Below are positions 54,901 to 64,000 of a stretch of 64,000 nt of DNA, piece after piece (the stretch's first letter is position 1; each line of letters begins with the position of its first letter). This DNA is from Mobula hypostoma (taxonomy: Eukaryota). Made by a program: the position numbers and the translations under genes. A model generated the notes under the pieces. It saw only the letters and a list, made by a program, of their open reading frames with translations, ran no database searches and had not been told where the DNA came from. The DNA lies in the NCBI RefSeq assembly GCF_963921235.1, contig NC_086108.1:31064001-31128000 (forward strand). Direction: 5' to 3'.

Positions 54901-57900
54901 ATCACGTTATCCCCCATCCCACTCTCCTGGTCTCATATATCACTTCCCAGTTTCTCACGTTATCCACCATCCCCCTCACCTGGTCTCATATATCACCTCC
55001 CAGTTTCTCACGTTATCCCCCATCCCCGTCACCTGGTCTCATATATCACTTCCCAGTTTCTCATGTTATCCCCCATCGCCCTCACCCCATCTCATATATT
55101 ACCTCCCAGTTTCTCACGTTATCCCCCATCCCCCTCACCTAGTCTCATTTATCACCTCCCAGTTTCTCACCTTACCCCCATCCCCCTCAACTCGTCTCAT
55201 ATATCACTTCCCAGTTTCACACGTTATCCCCCATCCCCCTCACCTGGTCTAATATATCACCTGCCAGTTTCTCCTTTTTACCCCCATCCCCCTCACCTCG
55301 TCTCATATATCACCTCCCGGTTTCTCACGTTATCCCCCATCCCCCTCACCTTGTCTCATATATCACCTCCCAGTTTCTCAACTTATCCCCCATCCCCCTC
55401 ACCTGGTCTCATATATCACCTCACTGATTCTCACCTTATCCCCCATCCCCCTCACCCGGTCTCATAAATCACCTCCTAGTTTCTCACCTTATCCCCCATC
55501 CCCCTCACCTCGTCTCATATATCACTTCCCAGTTTCTCAAGTTATCCACCGTCCCCCTCACCTGGTCTCATATATCACCTCCCAGTTTCTCACCTTATCC
55601 CCCATCCCCCTCACCTGCTCTCATGTATCACCTCCCAGTTTCTCACCTTATCCCCCATCCCCCTCACCTCGTCTCATATATCACCTCCCAGTTTCTCACG
55701 TTATCCCCCGTCCCGCTCACCTGGTCTCATTTATCACCTCCCAGTTCCTCACGTTATCCCCCATCCCCCTCACCTCATCTCATATAGCACTTCACAGTTT
55801 CTTACCTTATCCCACATCCCCCTCACCCGGTCTCATATATCACCTCCCAGTTTCGCACCTTATCCCGCATCCCCCTCACCTCGTCTCATCTATCACTTAC
55901 CAGTTGCTCACGTTATTCCCCACCCCACTCACCTGGTCTCATATATCACCTCCCCTTTACTCACATTATCCCCCATCCCCCTCACCTGGTCTCATAGATC
56001 ACCTCCCAGTTTCTCACGTTATCCCCTATCCCCCTCACCCGGTCTCATATATCACCTCCCGGTTTCTCACCTTATCCCCATCCCCTTCACGTCGTCTCAT
56101 ATATCACTTCCCAGTTTCTCACGTCATCCACCATCCCCCTCACCTGGTCTCATATATCACCTCCCAGTTTCTCACATTATCCCCCATCCCCCTCACCTCA
56201 TCTCATATATCACCTCCCAGTTTATCACGTTATCCCCCATCCCACTCTCCTGGTCTCATATATCACTTCCCAGTTTCTCACGTTATCCACCATCCCCCTC
56301 ACCTGGTCTCATATATCACCTCACAGTTTCTCACGTTATCCCCCATCCCCGTCACCTGGTCTCATATATCACTTCCCAGTTTCTCACGTTATCCCCCATC
56401 CCCCTCACCTGGTCTCATTTATCACCTCCCAGTTTCTCACCTTACCCCCATCCCCCTCACCTCGTCTCATATATCACTTCCCAGTTTCACACGTTATCCC
56501 CCATCCCCCTCACCTGGTCTCATATATGACCTGCCAGTTTCTCCTTTTTACCCCCATCCCCCTCACCTCGTCTCATATATCACCTCTCGGTTTCTCACGT
56601 TATCCCCCATCCCCCTCACCTTGTCTCATATATCACCTCCCAGTTTCTCAACTTATCCCCCATCCCCCTCACCTGGTCTCATATATCACCTCCCGGATTC
56701 TCACCTTATCCCCCATCCCCCTCACCCGGTCTCATAAATCACCTCCCAGTTTCTCACCTTATCCCCCATCCCCCTCACCTCGTCTCATATATCACTTCCC
56801 AGTTTCTCAAGTTATCCACCGTCCCCCTCACCTGGTCTCATATATCACCTCCCAGTTTCTCACCTTATCCTCCATCCCCCTCACCTTGTCTCATGTATCA
56901 TCTCCCAGTTTCTCACCTTATCCCCCATCCCCCTCACCTCGTCTCATATATCACCTCCCAGTTTCTCACGTTATCCCCCGTCCCGCTCACCAGGTCTCAT
57001 TTATCACCTCCCAGTTCCTCACGTTATCCCCCATCCCCCTCACCTCATCTCATATAGCACTTCACAGTTTCTCACCTTATCCCACATCCCCCTCACCCGG
57101 TCTCATATATCACCTCCCAGTTTCGCACCTTATCCCGCATCCCCCTCACCTCGTCTCATATATCACTTCCTAGTTTCTCACGTTATCCCCCATCCCCCTC
57201 ACCTCATCTCATATATCACCTCCCAGTTTCTCACGTTATCCCCCATCCCCAACACCTGGTCTCATAGATCACCTCCCAGTTTCTCACGTTATCCCCCATC
57301 CCCGTCACCTGGTCTCATATATCACGTCCCAGTTTCTCACGTCATCCCCCATCGCCCTCACCTCATCTCATATATCACCTCACAGTTTCTTACGTTATCC
57401 CCCATCACCCTCACCTGGTCTCATTTATCACCTCCTAGTTTCTCACGTTATCCCCCATCCCCCTCACCTGGTCTCATATATCACTTCCCAGTTTCTCATT
57501 TTATCCCCCAGCCCCCTCACCTCATCTCATATATCACCTCCCAGTTTCTCAATATATCCCCCATCCCCCTCACTTGGTCTCATATATCACCTCCCAGTTT
57601 CTCAACTTATCCCCCATCCCCCTCACCTGGTCTCATATATCACCTCCCGGTTTCTCACCTTATCCCCCATCCCCCTCACCCGGTCTCAAATATCACCTCC
57701 CGGTTTCTCACGTTATACCCCGTCCCCCTCACTCGGTCTCATATATCACCTCCCAGTTTCTCACCTGATCCCCCATCCCCCTCACGTCGTCTCATAAATC
57801 ACTTCCCAGTTTCTCACGTTATCCCCCCCCATCCCCGTCACCCGTTCTCATATATCACCGCCAAGTTTCTCACCTTATCCCCCATACCCCTCACCTGGTC

Positions 57901-60900
57901 TCATGTATCACCTCCCAGTTTCTCACCTTATCCCCCATCCCCCTCACCTCGTCTCATATATCACCTCCCAGTTTCTCACGTTAACCCCCTCCCGCTCACC
58001 TTGTCTCATTTATCACCTCCCAGTTCCTCACGTTATCCCCCATCCCCCTCACCTGGTTTCATATATCACCTCCCGGTTTCTCACCTTATCCCCCATCCCC
58101 CTCACCTCATCTCATATAGCACTTCACAGTTTCTCACCTTATCCCACATCCCCCTCACCCGGTCTCATATATCACCTCCCAGTTTCGCACCTTATACCGC
58201 ATCGCCCTCACCTCGTCTCATATATCACTTACCAGTTGCTGACGTTAACCCCCATCACCCTCACCTGGTCTCATATATCACTTCCCAGTTTCTCACGTTA
58301 TCCCCCATTCCCCTCACCTCATCTCATATATCACCTCCCAGTTTCTCACGTTATCCCCCATCCCTATCACCTGGTGTCATAGATGACCTCCCAGTTTCTC
58401 ACGTTATCCCCCATCCCCCTCACCTCTTCTCATATATCACCTCCCAGTTTCTCATGTTATCCCCCATCCCCCTCACCTCATCTCATTTATCACCTCCCAG
58501 TTTCTCACGTTATCCCCCATCCCCCTTACCTGGTCTCATATATCAACTCCCAGTTTCTCACCTTACCCCCATCCCCCTCACCTCGTCTCATATATCAGTT
58601 ACCAGTTTTTCACGTTATTCCCCATCCCCCTCACCTGGTCTCATATATCACCTCCCAGTTTCTCATTTTATCCCCCATCCCCCTCACCTCATCTCATATA
58701 TCACCTCCCGGTTTCTCACGTTATCCCCCATCCCCCTCACCTCGTCTCATATATCACCTCCCAGTTTCTCATTTTATCCCCCATCCCCCTCACCTGGTCA
58801 CATATATCACCTCCCGAATTCTCACCTTATCCCCGATCCCCCTCACCCGGTCTCATAAATCACTTCCCAGTTTCTTACCTTATCCCCCATCCCCCTCACC
58901 TCGTCTCAAATATCACTTCCCAGTTTCTCACGTTATCCCCCATCCCCGTCACCCGGTCTCATATATCACCTCCAAGTTTCTCACCTTATCCCCCATCCCC
59001 CTCACCTCGTCTCATATATCACCTCCCAGTTTCTCACGTTATCCCCCGTCCCGCTCACCAGGTCTCATTTATCACCTCCCAGTTCCTCACGTTATCCCCC
59101 ATCCCCCTCACCTCATCTCATATAGCACTTCACAGTTTCTCACCTTATCCCACATCCCCCTCACCCGGTCTCATATATCACCTCCCAGTTTCGCACCTTA
59201 TCCCGCATCCCCCTCACCTCGTCTCATATATCACTTCCTAGTTTCTCACGTTATCCCCCATCCCCCTCACCTCATCTCATATATCACCTCCCAGTTTCTC
59301 ACGTTATCCCCCATCCCCAACACCTGGTCTCATAGATCACCTCCCAGTTTCTCACGTTATCCCCCATCCCCGTCACCTGGTCTCATATATCACTTCCCAG
59401 TTTCTCACGTCATCCCCCATCGCCCTCACCTCATCTCATATATCACCTCACAGTTTCTTACGTTATCCCCCATCACCCTCACCTGGTCTCATTTATCACC
59501 TCCGAGTTTCTCACGTTATCCCCCATCCCCCTCACCTGGTCTCATATATCACCTCCCAGTTTCTCATTTTATCCCCCATCCCCCTCACCTCATCTCATAT
59601 ATCACCTCCCAGTTTCTCACTATATCCCCCATCCCCCTCACTTGGTCTCATATATCACCTCCCAGTTTCTCAACTTATCCCCCATCCCCCTCACCTGGTC
59701 TCATATATCACCTCCCGGTTTCTCACCTTATCCCCCATCCCCCTCACCCGGTCTCAAATATCACCTCCCGGTTTCTCACGTTATACCCCGTCCCCCTCAC
59801 TCGGTCTCATATATCACCTCCCAGTTTCTCACCTGATCCCCCATCCCCCTCACGTCGTCTCATAAATCACTTCCCAGTTTCTCACGTTATCCCCCATCCC
59901 CGTCACCCGTTCTCATATATCACCGCCAAGTTTCTCACCTTATCCCCCATACCCCTCACCTGGTCTCATGTATCACCTCCCAGTTTCTCACCTTATCCCC
60001 CATCCCCCTCACCTCGTCTCATATATCACCTCCCAGTTTCTCACGTTAACCCCCTCCCGCTCACCTTGTCTCATTTATCACCTCCCAGTTCCTCACGTTA
60101 TCCCCCATCCCCCTCACCTGGTTTCATATATCACCTCCCGGTTTCTCACCTTATCCCCCATCCCCCTCACCTCATCTCATATAGCACTTCACAGTTTCTC
60201 ACCTTATCCCACATCCCCCTCACCCGGTCTCATATATCACCTCCCAGTTTCGCACCTTATACCGCATCCCCCTCACCTCATCTCATATATCACCTCCCAG
60301 TTTCTCACGTTAACCCCCTCCCGCTCACCTTGTCTCATATATCACCTCCCAGTTTCTCATGTTATCCCCCATCCCTATCACCTGGTGTCATAGATGACCT
60401 CCCAGTTTCTCACGTTATCCCCCATCCCCCTCACCTCTTCTCATATATCACCTCCCAGTTTCTCATGTTATCCCCCATCCCCCTCACCTCATCTCATTTA
60501 TCACCTCCCAGTTTCTCACGTTATCCCCCATCCCCCTTACCTGGTCTCATATATCAACTCCCAGTTTCTCACCTTACCCCCATCCCCCTCACCTCGTCTC
60601 ATATATCAGTTACCAGTTTTTCACGTTATCCCCCATCCCCCTCACCTGGTCTCATATATCACCTCCCAGTTTCTCACTTTATCCCCCGTCCCCCGCACCT
60701 CATCTAATATATCACCTCCCGGTTTCTCATGTTATCCCCCATCCCCCTCACCTCGTCTCATATATCACCTCCCAGTTTCTCATTTTATCCCCCATCCCCC
60801 TCACCTGGTCACATATATCACCTCCCGAATTCTCACCTTATCCCCAATCCCCCTCACCCGGTCTCATAAATCACTTCCCAGTTTCTTACCTTATCCCCCA

Positions 60901-63900
60901 TCCCCCTCACCTCGTCTCAAATATCACTTCCCAGTTTCTCACGTTATCCCCCATCCCCGTCACCCGGTCTCATATATCACCTCCAAGTTTCTCACCTTAT
61001 CCCCCATCCCCCTCACCTGGTCTCATGTATCACCTCCCAGTTTCTCACATTATCCCCCATCCCCCTCACCTCGTCTCATATATCACCTCCCAGTTTCTCA
61101 CGTTATCCCCCGTCCCGCTCACCTGGTCTCATTTATCATCTCCCAGTTCCTCACGTTATCCCCCATCCCCCTCACCTCATCTCATATAGCACTTCACAGT
61201 TTCTCACCTTATCTCCCATCCCCCTCACCTGGTCTCATATATCACTTCCTAGTTTCTCACGTTACCCATCCCCCTCACCTCTTCTCATATATCACCTCCC
61301 AGTTTCTCACGATATCCCCCATCCCCCTCACCTGGTCTCATTTATCACCTCCCCGTTTCTGATTTTATCCCCCATCCCCCTCACCTCATCTCATATATCA
61401 CCTCCCAGTTTCTCCCGTTATCCCCCATCCCCCTCACCTGGTCTCATATATCACTTCCCGGTTTCTCACCTTATCCCCCATCCCCCTCACCTCGTCTCAT
61501 ATATCACCACCCAGTTTCTCACGTTATCCCCCGTCCCGCTCACCTGGTCTCATTTATCACCTCCCAGTTCCTCACGTTATCCCCCATCCCCCTCACCTTG
61601 TCTCATATGTCACTTCCCGGTTTCTCACCTTATCCCCCATCCCCCTCACCTCATCTCATATAGCACTTCACAGTTTCTCACCTTATCCCACATCCCCCTC
61701 ACCCGGTCTCATATATCACCTCCCAGTTTCGCACCTTATCCCGCATCCCCCTCACCTCGTCTCATCTATCACTTCCCAGTTTCACACGTTATCCCCCATC
61801 CCCCTCACCTGGTCTAATATATCACCTGCCAGTTTCTCCTTTTTACCCCCATCCCCCTCACCTTCTCTCAAATATCACCTCCCGGTTTCTCACGTTATCC
61901 CCCATCCCCCTCACCTTGTCTCATATATCACCTCCCAGTTTCTCAACTTATCCCCCATCCCCCTCACCTGGTCTCATATATCACCTCCCGGATTCTCACC
62001 TTATCCCCCATCCCCCTCACCCGGTCTCATAAATCACCTCCCAGTTTCTCACCTTATCCCCCATCCCCCTCACCTCGTCTCATATATCACTTCCCAGTTT
62101 CTCAAGTTATCCACCGTCCCCCTCACCTGGTCTCATATATCACCTCCCAGTTTCTCACCTTATCCCCCATCCCCCTCACCTGCTCTCATGTATCACCTCC
62201 CAGTTTCTCACCTTATCCCCCATCCCCCTCACCTCGTCTCATATATCACCTCCCAGTTTCTCACGTTATCCCCCGTCCCGCTCACCTGGTCTCATTTATC
62301 ACCTCCCAGTTCCTCACGTTATCCCCCATCCCCCTCACCTCATCTCATATAGCACTTCACAGTTTCTCACCTTATCCCACATCCCCCTCACCCGGTCTCA
62401 TATATCACCTCCCAGTTTCGCACCTTATCCCGCATCCCCCTCACCACGTCTCATATATCACTTACCAGTTGCTCACGTTATCCCCCATCCCACTCACCTG
62501 GTCTCATATATCACGTCCCCTTTTCTCACGTTATCCCCCATCCCCCTCACCTGGTCTCATAGATCACTCCCAGTTTCTCACGTTATCCCCTATCCCCCTC
62601 ACCCGGTCTCATATATCACCTCCCAGTTTCTCACCTTATCCCCATCCACTTCACCTCGTCTCATATATCACTTACCAGTTTCTCACGTTATCCACCATCC
62701 CCCTCACCTGGTCTCATATATCACCTCCCAGTTTCTCACGTTATCCCCCATCTCCCTCACCTCATCTCATATATCACCTCCCAGTTTATCACGTTATCCC
62801 CCATCCCACTCTCCTGGTCCAATAGATCACCGCCCAGTTTCTCACGTTATCCCCCATCCCCCTGACCTTGTCTCATATATCACTTCCTAGTTTCTCACGT
62901 TATCCCCCATCCCCCTCACCTTATCTCATATATCACCTCCCAGTTTCTCACGTTATCCCCCATCTCCCTCACCTGGTCTCATTTATCACCTCCCAATTTC
63001 TCACCTTACCCCCATCCCCTTCACCTGGTCTCATATATCACTTCCCTGTTTCTCACGATATCCCCCATCCCCCTCACCTGGTCTCATTTATCACCTCCCC
63101 GTTTCTGATTTTATCCCCCATCCCCCTCACCTCATCTCATATATCACCTCCCAGTTTCTCCCGTTATCCCCCATCCCCCTCACCTGGTCTCATATATCAC
63201 CTCCCGGTTTCTCACCTTATCCCCCATCCCCCTCACCTCGTCTCATATATCACCACCCAGTTTCTCACGTTATCCCCCGTCCCGCTCACCTGGTCTCATT
63301 TATCACCTCCCAGTTCCTCACGTTATCCCCCATCCCCCTCACCTTGTCTCATATGTCACTTCCCGGTTTCTCACCTTATCCCCCATCCCCCTCACCTCAT
63401 CTCATATAGCACTTCACAGTTTCTCACCTTATCCCACATCCCCCTCACCCGGTCTCATATATCACCTCCCAGTTTCGCACCTTATCCCGCATCCCCCTCA
63501 CCTCGTCTCATCTATCACTTCCCAGTTTCACACGTTATCCCCCATCCCCCTCACCTGGTCTAATATATCACCTGCCAGTTTCTCCTTTTTACCCCCATCC
63601 CCCTCACCTTCTCTCAAATATCACCTCCCGGTTTCTCACGTTATCCCCCATCCCCCTCACCTTGTCTCATATATCACCTCCCAGTTTCTCAACTTATCCC
63701 CCATCCCCCTCACCTGGTCTCATATATCACCTCCCGGATTCTCACCTTATCCCCCATCCCCCTCACCCGGTCTCATAAATCACCTCCCAGTTTCTCACCT
63801 TATCCCCCATCCCCCTCACCTCGTCTCATATATCACTTCCCAGTTTCTCAAGTTATCCACCGTCCCCCTCATCTGGTCTCATATATCACCTCCCAGTTTC

Positions 63901-64000
63901 TCACCTTATCCCCCATCCCCCTCACCTGCTCTCATGTATCACCTCCCAGTTTCTCACCTTATCCCCCATCCCCCTCACCTCGTCTCATATATCACCTCCC
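51901..64000 (+). repeat. Satellite sub-array D
   Basis: Diagnostic variants: CATATAGCACTTCACAG (many copies, e.g. 53454, 54459, 55781, 57051, 61657, 63403), TTTCGCACCTTATCCCGC, GGTCTCATTTATCACC, CCCGTCCCGCTCACC, CCTGCCAGTTTCTCCTTTT and TTTCTGATTTTATC (~54163, 61361, 63107). Confidence 0.85.

Larger units (their letters stand above)
1..64000 (+). repeat. 53-bp satellite DNA tandem array, ~1,200 head-to-tail monomers, single orientation, truncated by both window edges
   Basis: A clean monomer is at 23941-23993 (CATCCCCCTCACCTGGTCTCATATATCACCTCCCAGTTTCTCACCTTATCCCC) and the next copy starts at 23994. The same unit recurs from base 1 to base 64000 with substitutions and 1-3 bp indels. The ORF track shows a 53-aa period (3 monomers). 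Consensus composition is C25 T16 A9 G3. Confidence 0.99.

Noticed and set aside
1..64000. CRISPR array or other repeat-spacer system
   Set aside because: Monomers abut directly with no unique spacers. Variation is point substitution across the whole unit, and there are no cas genes or leader.
1..64000. Canonical telomere repeat or known centromeric satellite (alpha satellite, CENP-B box)
   Set aside because: There are no tandem CCCTAA-type arrays (only isolated CCCTAA variants), no CENP-B box that I can see, and the monomer does not match families I recognise.
1..64000. Hidden transposon, RNA gene, inversion or minus-strand gene
   Set aside because: I found no departure from the 53-bp register or switch in strand skew. 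The minus strand has about five stop triplets per monomer and no ORFs in the track.

Overview
The whole 64-kb window is one uninterrupted head-to-tail satellite array. The monomer is 53 bp (consensus CATCCCCCTCACCTGGTCTCATATATCACCTCCCAGTTTCTCAC[C/G]TTATCCCC), about 1,200 copies by length. All copies have the same orientation, and the array runs off both ends of the window. I see no genes, RNA genes, mobile elements, CRISPR spacers or unique sequence. The many Pro/Ser/His-rich + strand ORFs are a by-product of the repeat: the monomer has no stop triplet in any + frame, so three monomers (159 nt) read as a 53-aa periodic peptide. The real structure is in the sequence variants. The array divides into successive domains, each with its own diagnostic monomers: A ~1-23.5 kb, a near-consensus zone ~23.5-24.6 kb, B ~24.6-41.7 kb, C ~41.7-49.5 kb, a diverged zone ~49.5-51.9 kb and D ~51.9-64 kb. 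Each domain is built from multi-monomer cassettes re-duplicated at irregular near-multiples of 53 bp (0.6-11 kb). The array is probably eukaryotic heterochromatic DNA (inference). I cannot assign it to a named family or organism, and I find no support for a novel gene system. Domain boundaries were read by eye and are approximate.
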